Source of the DNA: a virus
Taxonomy: Duplodnaviria; Caudoviricetes
Virus record (IMG/VR): IMGVR_UViG_3300025732_000215
Span: 1-27,544 of that record
Length of the DNA stretch: 27,544 nt
Direction: 5' to 3' (one strand)
The position numbers and the translations under genes are program-made. A model generated the notes under the pieces. It ran no database searches. It was given only the letters and a program-made list of their open reading frames with translations, and was not told the origin of the DNA. The stretch's first letter is position 1. The number at the start of each line of letters is the position of its first letter. Positions 1-8,453 of the stretch are shown here, one piece after another.

Positions 1-540
1 TTGAGCACCTATTGAACCCTGAGCTCCTGCAGTACCTTGAGCACCAGCAGCACCTTGAACACCTTGACGACCTTGAACACCTTGAGCTCCTGCAGTACCT
101 TGAGCACCTGCAGTACCCTGAACTCCTTGTGCTCCTACAGTACCTTGAGGTCCTGCTGAACCCTGAACTCCTTGAGCTCCTGCAGTACCTTGAGCACCTG
201 CAGTACCCTGAACTCCTTGTGCTCCTACAGTACCTTGAGGTCCTGCTGAACCCTGAACTCCTTGTGCTCCTACAGTACCTTGAGCGCCTACAGTACCCTG
301 AACTCCTTGTGCTCCTACAGTACCTTGAGGTCCTGCTGAACCTTGAACTCCTTGTGCTCCTGCTGAACCTTGAGGTCCTGAAGAACCTTGAACTCCTTGT
401 GCTCCTACAGTACCTTGAGCGCCTACAGTACCCTGAACTCCTTGTGCTCCTGCTGAACCTTGAGGTCCTAAAGCACCCTGGACGCCTTGAACACCTTGGA
501 CACCTTGAGCACCTTGGACACCTTGAGGTCCTTGTGGTCC
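1..540 (-). repeat. Gly-X-Y coding tandem repeat (>=60 triplets; GAQ/GVQ/GPQ/GTV/GSA)
   Basis: 9-bp periodic units such as ccttgaaca/ccttgagca/ccctgaact. Confidence 0.95.
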
Positions 541-1665
541 TACTGAAGAAAATACTTCCCAAGTAGTTCCGTCATAAATTAAATCTAAAATTGTTCCACC
601 AACATCAACTATTAAATCTGTACTACTTCCTTCAATAGTACTTAAATTTCTTGCAACTGTTAAATTATTAGTGAACCAACTAGCACCATCTGCAATTTTA
701 ATTACAGTTCCTATTGATGGAGATGCTGGTAGTGTAATAGTGAAAGAACCACCAGATGTATCTGCAATAATTTGATCACCATTTGCTGCATTGTATGCAG
801 AAGTTTTTTTGACCCAAGATGCTGCCGATCCTGATGCACCCTGAACTCCTTGTGCTCCTGCTGAACCTTGAGGTCCTGAAGAACCTTGAACTCCTTGTGC
901 TCCTACAGTACCTTGAGGTCCTGCTGAACCCTGAACTCCTTGTGCTCCTGCTGAACCTTGAGGTCCTGAAGAACCTTGAACTCCTTGTGGTCCTTGAAAA
1001 CCTTGAACTCCTTGAGCACCTTGAACACCTTGAGCTCCTGCAGTACCTTGAGGTCCTGCTGAACCTTGAACTCCTTGTGCTCCTGCAGTACCTTGAACTC
1101 CTTGTGCTCCTGCAGTACCTTGAGGTCCTGAAGAACCTTGAACTCCTTGAACTCCTTGTGCTCCTGCAGTACCTTGAGGTCCTGAAGAACCTTGAACTCC
1201 TTGTGCTCCTGCAGTACCTTGAGGTCCTGAAGGACCTTGTGCTCCCACAACACCTTGAGCACCCTGAACTCCTTGAGGTCCTTGTAGTGAAACTTGTTGA
1301 ACATTTGCCCAAGAAACACCAGCACCAGTAGATATAAGAACTGATGAAGCAGTTCCTACATTTCCATAAAAATCTTGAACATTACCTCTAATTCTTAATC
1401 CACCAACAATGTCAAGTTTTTGTGTTGGTAAACTTGTCCCAATACCAACATTTCCTACATTAAAATTAATGTCATAAGCATTAGTTCCTAATCCAACGTC
1501 CCAAGGATTAACAACATATACTGTAGTACCAACCCCTACATTTTTTGATGCAAAAACTTTTCCATCATATGTATTGATAGCTATTTCGCCAAGAGGAATC
1601 TGCGTCTCATTGGGAATTTTGCCAGGTACAGAAGACCTTTTAAATCTAACTTTTGGGTCAGCCAT
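1..1665 (-). CDS. Collagen-like tail fibre/structural protein, 3'-partial (>=555 aa; missing from the ORF track because it has no stop in the window)
   Basis: ATG at 1665 gives MADPKVRFKRSSVPGKIP...LGEIAINTYDGKVF. Frame checked open at several points down to base 1. Two Gly-X-Y tracts are separated by a domain ...IIADTSGGSFTITLPASPSIG...LIYDGTTW, typical of T4-like structural proteins. Confidence 0.9.
   Translation of the reverse strand, partial: MADPKVRFKRSSVPGKIPNETQIPLGEIAINTYDGKVFASKNVGVGTTVYVVNPWDVGLGTNAYDINFNVGNVGIGTSLPTQKLDIVGGLRIRGNVQDFYGNVGTASSVLISTGAGVSWANVQQVSLQGPQGVQGAQGVVGAQGPSGPQGTAGAQGVQGSSGPQGTAGAQGVQGVQGSSGPQGTAGAQGVQGTAGAQGVQGSAGPQGTAGAQGVQGAQGVQGFQGPQGVQGSSGPQGSAGAQGVQGSAGPQGTVGAQGVQGSSGPQGSAGAQGVQGASGSAASWVKKTSAYNAANGDQIIADTSGGSFTITLPASPSIGTVIKIADGASWFTNNLTVARNLSTIEGSSTDLIVDVGGTILDLIYDGTTWEVFSSVGPQGPQGVQGAQGVQGVQGVQGALGPQGSAGAQGVQGTVGAQGTVGAQGVQGSSGPQGSAGAQGVQGSAGPQGTVGAQGVQGTVGAQGTVGAQGVQGSAGPQGTVGAQGVQGTAGAQGTAGAQGVQGSAGPQGTVGAQGVQGTAGAQGTAGAQGVQGRQGVQGAAGAQGTAGAQGSIGAQ
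823..1281 (-). repeat. Gly-X-Y coding tandem repeat (~51 triplets)
   Basis: Runs from GPQGVQG at 1281 to GASGSA at 823. Confidence 0.95.
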
Positions 1666-1693
1666 TCAATGTTATTGTTGGTAGAAACCGTAA

Positions 1694-1724
1694 GAACTCT
1701 TATATAAGAGTTCCTATTATTTAT
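1694..1724 (-). promoter_or_regulatory. Late promoter (ATAAATA, 1718-1724) followed by a perfect 20-bp palindrome (1694-1713) in the 5' leader
   Basis: gaactcttat|ataagagttc; tatttat on the plus strand. Confidence 0.7.
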
Positions 1725-1909
1725 TGAAAATCTTCCTCTGATTTTTTTCTTGTTCTATTATTTTTAATTTTTTCGAGTTCGGATGAAAGTTGTTCTACCT
1801 GATTTCTTAAAGTTCCTACTTGAGTCTCTAAAACAATATTTTTTGTGAATAATTCAAAAGATCTCTGCTGATAAGTTGCAATTATTGCTTTATAATCTTC
1901 TTCTCCCAT
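1721..1909 (-). CDS. Small coiled-coil hypothetical protein (62 aa)
   Basis: GGGAG upstream of the ATG; heptad-like LETQVGTLRNQVEQLSSELEKI. Confidence 0.75.
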   Translation of the reverse strand: MGEEDYKAIIATYQQRSFELFTKNIVLETQVGTLRNQVEQLSSELEKIKNNRTRKKSEEDFQ

Positions 1910-1939
1910 AAAAAAATACTCCCATTTCTGAGAGTATTT
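1910..1939 (-). terminator. Intrinsic terminator after the 493-aa gene, overlapping late promoter ATAAATA (1935-1941)
   Basis: AAAUACUCUCA-GAAA-UGGGAGUAUUU followed by UUUU. Confidence 0.7.
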
Positions 1940-1956
1940 ATGAACTGCTATTTAAA

Positions 1957-3438
1957 TTAGAAACCGCCAGCATCAATTACAATATTTTGCAATTGAAGTT
2001 CATTTCCAGAACATTGAATAACTGGTTGTGAACCACCAGAACAACCATTATTAATGTACAATTCAGCGATTTCGAGTCCAGCATATACTACATTTTCAAG
2101 AACACTTGAATTTTCAGTGATGCTAGATGCAATACCAATTCTTTGAGTAGAATCGTCCCAAAATACAGATGCCTTTCTTGCAGAAGAACCAGTATAATAA
2201 TTTAAAAGCAATCCAATATCTTTATTAGTATCTGATGTTGGTACGTCTAAAACACCACCACCAGTATCAATAAGACCCAAATCAACTAAAGTATCTTTGA
2301 CATTTAATGTTGTGGTATTAACCTGTGTTGTAGATCCATTTACATAAAGATCTCCAGCAACAGTTACATTTGCGCCAGATAAAGTAATCGCAGTAGTACC
2401 ACCGCTAGATTCAATAGTTGTTGCTTCAATTGTTGGAGCACTTAAAGAAGTTCCAACAATAACATCATTTCTAAGAGCAACTGTAATCGTATTTCCTGAT
2501 CCGTTTGTTACTATTTGATTTGCAGCACCTGCAATAGTAAGAGTTTCGGTATCAAAATCAATAGTAAGATTTCCACCAGTATCACCAGCAATTGTTAAAT
2601 TGTCGTCAGTATTTACAACTGCAGCGGCAACATAACTTGCTACTGCAGATGATGTTGGAATAGAAGTTTCTGAAGTACCTACCCCTGTAGATAAAGTATT
2701 AGAAAATTGTGTGATACCAACTCCAGTACCAACAGTTAATGTATTTCCAATACTTACTGCATTAGGAAGTCCAATGGTAACAGTACCATTTGTTCTAGAA
2801 ACTTCTACCTCATTTACAGTTCCATCAATTGTAAGAACAGCACCATTAACACTATCAGCAAGAACTACATTACCTGAAGTAACAGTAAAATCTCCACTAT
2901 TAAAGGATGCAATACCTGCGTTTGTATCACTTGCAAGTTCTGCAGAAATTGTAACTTTATTGTTTGTAACTAAGGTATCAATACCTTCACCGCCTTCAAA
3001 TGTTAAAGTTTCGCCAGTTGTAAAAGTATCAGTACCACTATCGCCTGAGATTGAAAAACTTCCAGAAGGAACTGGTGCCCACTCCAAATCATAATATCCA
3101 CCAGCAACAGATTTAACCTTTAAAAAATCTCCTGTACTTCCATTATTTGTATTTGGAAGACGATATGTTGCAATTCCTGCAAGAGTGTCTGATGATGCAA
3201 TTGAAACATAATTAGAACCGTCTTTATCAACTAAATTGAGTTTTAATGAATTAGTTCCGTTTTCTCTGGTCCAGTAACGATGAGAACCGAAGAATTTATT
3301 GTTTGCTACTGAGGTATCAATACCAATAAAAAAGTCAAAGTTATTTAATGAAATTGCTGGTTCACCTGGACGGAGTGCTGGTACTGTTCCTGCTACTCCT
3401 GCATTACCTCTTTTAAACTGAAGTACTGGTGCAGGCAT
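1957..3438 (-). CDS. Tail fibre/virion structural protein (493 aa)
   Basis: N-terminal LQFKRG...LRPGEPA motif like the 1-1665 gene; repeated 'ISGDSG...TLT..G' modules; G/S/T-rich; ends IDAGGF. Confidence 0.8.
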   Translation of the reverse strand: MPAPVLQFKRGNAGVAGTVPALRPGEPAISLNNFDFFIGIDTSVANNKFFGSHRYWTRENGTNSLKLNLVDKDGSNYVSIASSDTLAGIATYRLPNTNNGSTGDFLKVKSVAGGYYDLEWAPVPSGSFSISGDSGTDTFTTGETLTFEGGEGIDTLVTNNKVTISAELASDTNAGIASFNSGDFTVTSGNVVLADSVNGAVLTIDGTVNEVEVSRTNGTVTIGLPNAVSIGNTLTVGTGVGITQFSNTLSTGVGTSETSIPTSSAVASYVAAAVVNTDDNLTIAGDTGGNLTIDFDTETLTIAGAANQIVTNGSGNTITVALRNDVIVGTSLSAPTIEATTIESSGGTTAITLSGANVTVAGDLYVNGSTTQVNTTTLNVKDTLVDLGLIDTGGGVLDVPTSDTNKDIGLLLNYYTGSSARKASVFWDDSTQRIGIASSITENSSVLENVVYAGLEIAELYINNGCSGGSQPVIQCSGNELQLQNIVIDAGGF

Positions 3439-3462
3439 TTTTTTAGTACTAATCTTTAGTAA

Positions 3463-3469
3463 TATTTAG
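3463..3469 (-). promoter_or_regulatory. Late promoter variant CTAAATA
   Basis: tatttag on the plus strand, ~25 nt upstream of the ATG at 3438. Confidence 0.6.
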
Positions 3470-3482
3470 ATTAACTAAAATA

Positions 3483-3869
3483 CTACCAGTTACCCGCATC
3501 AAGATCAATTCTATTATCTAAATCAATATCAAGTTGGTTTTCAAAATCATTTGGTAATCCTGGTTGAATTGGTTCAGAAACTGATGCAGAAAGAACTGCA
3601 TCCGGATTAACATCTCTCCACTTACCTGATGGCGCATCATACATTAAAACATACTTATCATTTTGTCCACTGATTTCCACATCAAATAAATCGTCTAAGT
3701 TTTGTGGCATAATTTCTAGGTTATATCCGAATGTGACTTTTGGATTGAATGTTTGAGAACGCTTAACTGAATAGTTATTTTCCGATGAGAAGGTAATCTT
3801 TGGTTTTACTGAAGGAGAAAATCTGACAGCGTAATTATCCTCTGATGAAAAAACAACCTTATATTTCAT
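3483..3869 (-). CDS. Hypothetical tail-region protein (128 aa)
   Basis: ATGA overlap with the upstream gene; LDDLFDV...YVLMYD...KW motif; N-terminal ~20-aa repeat. Confidence 0.75.
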   Translation of the reverse strand: MKYKVVFSSEDNYAVRFSPSVKPKITFSSENNYSVKRSQTFNPKVTFGYNLEIMPQNLDDLFDVEISGQNDKYVLMYDAPSGKWRDVNPDAVLSASVSEPIQPGLPNDFENQLDIDLDNRIDLDAGNW

Positions 3870-4201
3870 ACAGATGCACTCTCTACTACTATTGCAGTTC
3901 CTCTAATAACTTTTGTTTTCTTTCCTTCAATTGTTAAAACTACATCAAAATAATTTCTACCTTCTATTAATCTTGATGTTTGTTCGTCAGTTAAAGAAAG
4001 TTTGATAGTTCCAGTACCTGCAGTGATTGTTTTTGAGAATTCTTCATAAGCAGTTGCAGTAGGATACTTACGAATACTTGCATATGATGTAGTTAGTCCA
4101 CTAAGAATAGATGATGATTGATCTGGATCAAAAAGACTAAAAATTGCTTCAAAGTAAGTTCCTTTTTCAATTACAACATTTGTAATTTCAGCAACTGCCA
4201 T
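3866..4201 (-). CDS. Conserved-type tail-region protein (111 aa)
   Basis: IEKGTYF...ASIRKYP...GTIKLSLT..QT..L..GRNYFDV pattern; late promoter upstream. Confidence 0.8.
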   Translation of the reverse strand: MAVAEITNVVIEKGTYFEAIFSLFDPDQSSSILSGLTTSYASIRKYPTATAYEEFSKTITAGTGTIKLSLTDEQTSRLIEGRNYFDVVLTIEGKKTKVIRGTAIVVESASV

Positions 4202-4221
4202 TTTTCTTGAGGATTTTTAAG

Positions 4222-4229
4222 TATTTATA
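4222..4229 (-). promoter_or_regulatory. T4-type late promoter TATAAATA
   Basis: Exact match, ~20 nt upstream of the ATG at 4201. Confidence 0.75.
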
Positions 4230-4688
4230 TTACGGTTCCGTTGGCCAAGTAACGCTCCAAGGAAACCCTGGTTGGTTGGTAATGTCTCTTAGAGACTGTC
4301 TATAACTTGACCAGTTAGTGCTAATTGTATTTGATACATCGGGCAATTGAGTCCAATCAGATTCTTTTAGAAGTTCATTTCTAAGATTTCTTATTTGAGT
4401 GGATTTTGCTTGAATTCTTTCTTGCTTTTGCTCTTCTGTTGCTGGAGAAGAAGTCCAAAATTCAACCCATTTTCCATTCTCAAACTTTGCATTTCTTACC
4501 AAATTAATATCATAAGTTTCTTCTGGTTGTTCAGATGGAGTTACTGGAAAAACATTAAAGAAAGCAGCATCTTCATTCGTGATGATATCTGGAAAACTTG
4601 TATTTGGATTATCAAATCTCAAATCAGTTAATGTATATGGATATTTCTCTATATTTCCATTTGAGTCAAGCTTTACGTAAAACATCAT
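4230..4688 (-). CDS. Tail fibre assembly chaperone (Tfa-like)
   Basis: C-terminal RNELLKESDWTQLPD...W..YRQSLRDITNQPGFPWSVTWP motif. Confidence 0.85.
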   Translation of the reverse strand: MMFYVKLDSNGNIEKYPYTLTDLRFDNPNTSFPDIITNEDAAFFNVFPVTPSEQPEETYDINLVRNAKFENGKWVEFWTSSPATEEQKQERIQAKSTQIRNLRNELLKESDWTQLPDVSNTISTNWSSYRQSLRDITNQPGFPWSVTWPTEP

Positions 4689-4936
4689 TGATCCTCCATT
4701 TCTTGAATTTGATCTTGAATTACATCATGAATGATAATTGCTTTTAACTGTTCGGTTCTATTATCTTCTAATAATTCTATGAGACGATTCTTAAAGTCAA
4801 TCATTTTTTGATTGTCTAAATATTTTTCATCTATTTTTTTAATGCCGCGTTCAAAATTATCAATATTAATTTGATAATTTTGAATTTCTTCAACTCTTGC
4901 TTTTAAATTTTGCTTTAAAATTTCTAATTTGTCCAT
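4685..4936 (-). CDS. Coiled-coil hypothetical protein (83 aa)
   Basis: Helical, charged; coupled to neighbouring genes. Confidence 0.75.
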   Translation of the reverse strand: MDKLEILKQNLKARVEEIQNYQINIDNFERGIKKIDEKYLDNQKMIDFKNRLIELLEDNRTEQLKAIIIHDVIQDQIQEMEDQ

Positions 4937-4945
4937 AATTTTTAA

Positions 4946-6061
4946 TTAATTTCTACTTGTTGAATAACGATCTGAAAAACTAACCGATATCACGTCTGAA
5001 GGAGGAAGTGTTCCGGGATCTGAATATTTAGATCCAAAACCAGTACTGAGGCTAAATTGATAAGCAGTAATGAATGGAGTATTTGAGTGACCAACTACAA
5101 CGGAATATCCGCTAGAAAATGATCTAGCAGTAACGCAATTAGCATTTCCCGCTGGAAGTGTTCCCGGATTTGCCCACTTAGATCCAAATGAACTAAATCC
5201 AAAAGAATAAGCGGTAATATAGGGTGATGTCGTGTGTGCAATAAATACAGTTGACGGATTGATACCAGTATTAATAGATACACCAGAACCAGTTCCTGTC
5301 GGCAAAGTTCCGGGATCTGACCATTTAGATCCAAATCCATTACTAAAATTATATGCGTTTATGTATGGTGAAGCCAAATTTGCTGTAAATATTTGACCGT
5401 TATAAGTAGAAGTCAATCCAAATGTTGTGCTATTTAGTGCAGAAGCAGGATCTGATTTTTTACTACCAAATCCCGTGGATGATGACCAATCCCATGCACT
5501 TATATATGGACTTCCCGCGTGACCAAAAATGAGATATTCACTACCGCCACCAAAGTTATCAGTATGATGAATAACACTATATCCAAAACTTGGAGGAGGA
5601 TATCCTGAGGCTGGATTTGAATATTTTGCTCCAAATCCAGTACTATGATTCCATGCCCATACCGCAATATCCGGAGAATCAGTAACTAGAGCGATGGCAT
5701 AATCAGGAGAACCTACATTTCCTATAAATCTAACATCCCGACCTCCACCAAATACTGTTCCTCCTCCAGGATCACTATATTTTGCACCGAATCCAGATGC
5801 AGTCCATCTATAAGCATCAATTATAGGAGTTCCTGTTCCACATAATGCAAGAGCTTTTTGTGAATAAGAACTAGTCCAACAGGAACCATATCTTGTTCCT
5901 GCAGGAAGAGTTGATGGATTAGAATATTTAGTTCCAAATCCATTATTATAAGAAAATGGAAAAACTGCTACATAAGGACTTGAACCAAAAGTTGCTGCAA
6001 GTTGTGTTTGTCCATTGCTTACAGAACTAGATGATAATAATCTTTGTGTTGTTGGATCCAT
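4946..6061 (-). CDS. Seven-repeat beta-propeller-like protein, candidate receptor-binding adhesin (371 aa from MDPTTQRLL)
   Basis: 7 copies of ~45-aa 'P(Y/F)I.AY.(W/F)...GFG.K(Y/W)S(D/N)P.TLP'; ATG at 6061 lies 2 nt after the upstream stop. Confidence 0.8.
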   Translation of the reverse strand: MDPTTQRLLSSSSVSNGQTQLAATFGSSPYVAVFPFSYNNGFGTKYSNPSTLPAGTRYGSCWTSSYSQKALALCGTGTPIIDAYRWTASGFGAKYSDPGGGTVFGGGRDVRFIGNVGSPDYAIALVTDSPDIAVWAWNHSTGFGAKYSNPASGYPPPSFGYSVIHHTDNFGGGSEYLIFGHAGSPYISAWDWSSSTGFGSKKSDPASALNSTTFGLTSTYNGQIFTANLASPYINAYNFSNGFGSKWSDPGTLPTGTGSGVSINTGINPSTVFIAHTTSPYITAYSFGFSSFGSKWANPGTLPAGNANCVTARSFSSGYSVVVGHSNTPFITAYQFSLSTGFGSKYSDPGTLPPSDVISVSFSDRYSTSRN

Positions 6062-6063
6062 AA

Positions 6064-6447
6064 TCAGTTCGTATAATTGATTAGACTGGAAGCTCTCCAC
6101 CTAGTTCCACCATCATCGGTAACAAACATAAACAAATGAGTTTTTCCTGTAGTTAGAGCTGGCGCAACACCATCTGGCCACTGCACACCGCTAAACCAAG
6201 TAATAGCACCACTAGTATGAGTTAATTCTAAAGTAAAACTATAAGCTCTTGATGTCGGAACATTTGATACCGTAAATGTACTTGCACCATTTATAGTTTT
6301 TGTAAAATAATTTCCACTACTACAATCAATATCTAAAGCACCAACTGCAACTACTGATTGCCTATATGAACCTGTAAGAGTTAACCCAACACCAATAAAA
6401 TTTTGGCTGTTGTCAATTACAGTAGTTCCTGAAATTTGAATTGCCAT
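6064..6447 (-). CDS. Tail-fibre-associated small beta protein (127 aa)
   Basis: MAIQISGTTVIDNS...SFTLELTHTSG...WPDG.AP.LTTGKTHLFMFVTDDGGTRWR. Confidence 0.8.
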   Translation of the reverse strand: MAIQISGTTVIDNSQNFIGVGLTLTGSYRQSVVAVGALDIDCSSGNYFTKTINGASTFTVSNVPTSRAYSFTLELTHTSGAITWFSGVQWPDGVAPALTTGKTHLFMFVTDDGGTRWRASSLINYTN

Positions 6448-6475
6448 CTTCGTGTCTCCACTCGGCGTTTAGTTA

Positions 6476-6482
6476 TATTTAG
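6476..6482 (-). promoter_or_regulatory. Late promoter variant CTAAATA overlapping the upstream stop
   Basis: tatttag on the plus strand. Confidence 0.55.
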
Positions 6483-7999
6483 TTATTTTTTAATTCTTCC
6501 ATTTCTTTTTTGAGTTCTTTAATTGATTCAATCAATACCGCAATTATTCCATTATAATTTACCGTTTTTATTTCTCCATTACTGACAAGATCTGGTAATA
6601 CACTTTCTAATTCTTGTGCGATTATACCGTAAGATTTTTTTCCGTCTTCTTTCCAATCAAAAGATACTCCGCGAAGATTAGAAACTATATCCAAAGAATT
6701 TTCTACTGTTTTTACATTTTCCTTTAGATTTAAATCTGAAGGAGTATTAAAATTAAGTGCAGTTACAATTCCACTAAAAGATCCATTTGTTGCAATAATA
6801 TTGGTTGCAGTTACAATTCCACTAAAACTTCCGTGTCTTGCAGTAATATCAGTAACATCAATATTAGGACTTCCACTCAATCCAGTAGATGTTCCATCGA
6901 GTGAACCTACAAATGTTGTTGCTGTTATGACTCCAACAAAATTTGCATCTGTACCAGTTAAATATTCAATATTAAAACTTCCTGCTTGAAGTGTATTTGA
7001 TACGTTTAAGTTAGTTACAGTTATAGTTCCTGCAGTAAAATCTCCACTAATATCTCTTGCAACTAAAGTATTTGGAGTATTTGCAGTTGTTGCCGCTACA
7101 GATACCGTGATAGCAGCAGATCCATTATAAGTCGTTCCACTGCTATAATTAATAAATGATCCTCTCGTCAAGTTTGCAAGAGTGCTACCAAGAGAAACTC
7201 CAGAAATTGTAGAGTTCTCTAGATTTGCATTTGTAATTCCTGCTGAACCAGACAGATTAGAATTTGTCAGTCCAGTAATAGTATTAACTCCTGCCGAAAT
7301 TGTTTTATTTGTAAGAGTTTCTGTGGTTTCTCTTCCTACTAAGGTATCAGTTGCTGCAGGAAGTGTTAATATACCTAAAGCAGTTGCAGATGCTCTTAAA
7401 TTGGTTGACCCAGAAGATGATCCATTAAAACTAATTCCAGAAGAATTAATAAAACCACCATTAATGGTTGGAGAAGTTAAAGTTTTACTTGATAATGTTT
7501 GAGAATCTGTTGTACCTACAATAGATCCTGAAGGTGGAGTTTTACCTCTTAAGAATGATGCATTTAAGTTGGTAACTTGAGTATCTGAAGATACTACTAA
7601 AGGAGCAGTTCCAGAAGTGACTGTAGAAATAAATTGTCCTGCAGATACATTTCCGCTAACTGTAAGTCTTTGAGAAATAGTGGAGGTTCCTATACCAACA
7701 CTGCCATCTAATCTATAAACATCCTCTCCACCTGTACCAAAAACCCATTGTGCAATTGATGCTTCTACAAGTGGATTTCCATTTAGAGTAAAAGATGATG
7801 CCTCAATATTGCCATTATTAACTGTTAAATTTCCATCAAGATTGGTGTCACCAACTACATGAAGTTTAACTGTAGGATCTGGTGTTCCTATACCAATATA
7901 AGGATTTGTTTCAGTTGCAATGCCAATATTTCCGGTGACATTATCAATGTATATAAAAGAACCAAATTGTGATAATTCTCTATTTCTTATAATAGACAT
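6479..7999 (-). CDS. Tail fibre with C-terminal intramolecular chaperone (peptidase S74-like) domain
   Basis: SDLNLKENV...LRGVSFDWK...GIIAQELE.VLP.LV...VNYNG...LIESIKEL; GIGT..P..KLHV.G motifs; AGGAG SD and CTAAATA (8019-8025) upstream. Confidence 0.88.
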   Translation of the reverse strand: MSIIRNRELSQFGSFIYIDNVTGNIGIATETNPYIGIGTPDPTVKLHVVGDTNLDGNLTVNNGNIEASSFTLNGNPLVEASIAQWVFGTGGEDVYRLDGSVGIGTSTISQRLTVSGNVSAGQFISTVTSGTAPLVVSSDTQVTNLNASFLRGKTPPSGSIVGTTDSQTLSSKTLTSPTINGGFINSSGISFNGSSSGSTNLRASATALGILTLPAATDTLVGRETTETLTNKTISAGVNTITGLTNSNLSGSAGITNANLENSTISGVSLGSTLANLTRGSFINYSSGTTYNGSAAITVSVAATTANTPNTLVARDISGDFTAGTITVTNLNVSNTLQAGSFNIEYLTGTDANFVGVITATTFVGSLDGTSTGLSGSPNIDVTDITARHGSFSGIVTATNIIATNGSFSGIVTALNFNTPSDLNLKENVKTVENSLDIVSNLRGVSFDWKEDGKKSYGIIAQELESVLPDLVSNGEIKTVNYNGIIAVLIESIKELKKEMEELKNN

Positions 8000-8039
8000 T
8001 GACTTCTCCTTATATTATTATTTAGATTTTTGATTAAAA

Positions 8040-8426
8040 TCATTGAGTTGGTTTAACTGGCCAAACGACGTTTAAAGGAAATTCGGGTTGTTCTGTGATA
8101 TTTCTAAGTGATTGCCTATAAGGTTCCCAAAGAGTTTTTGTTTCCTGTGGAACATCTGGAAGTTGAGTCCAATCTGTTTCTTTTAATAATTGATCTCTTT
8201 TACCTCTAATCAAAAGTGCTTCATAATCCAAATCAACTACATAAGGAGCAATTTCACCTGCTTCTCCATCTAATATTCTTTGGTGACATTCTCTTCCATA
8301 CTCGGAAGAATCATTTGGGTGCGCTGTAAAAGGAATCCAACCAAGGTCATGATGCAAAACTTCGCAATCAATTGTGATACCATCACGATTATATTTGGGA
8401 TTACGAATTTCTTGAACTACTGACAT
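8040..8426 (-). CDS. Tail fibre assembly chaperone (Tfa-like), second copy
   Basis: IDCEV.H..LGWIPFTA.P.D N-terminal domain plus RDQLLKETDWTQLPD...YRQSLRNIT.Q..FP.NV.WP. Confidence 0.85.
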   Translation of the reverse strand: MSVVQEIRNPKYNRDGITIDCEVLHHDLGWIPFTAHPNDSSEYGRECHQRILDGEAGEIAPYVVDLDYEALLIRGKRDQLLKETDWTQLPDVPQETKTLWEPYRQSLRNITEQPEFPLNVVWPVKPTQ

Positions 8427-8453
8427 ATTTTATAATATTATTTTTTATATTTA

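Noticed and set aside
12-1331. Long LEHL/LQYL-type plus-strand ORFs and alternate minus-frame ORFs
   Set aside because: Shadow frames of the Gly-X-Y repeats; the real gene is the uninterrupted minus frame from 1665.
6062-6100. ORF-track start at 6100 or a frameshift fusion of the 127-aa and propeller genes
   Set aside because: A clean ATG lies 2 nt after the upstream stop, and no slippery site is evident.
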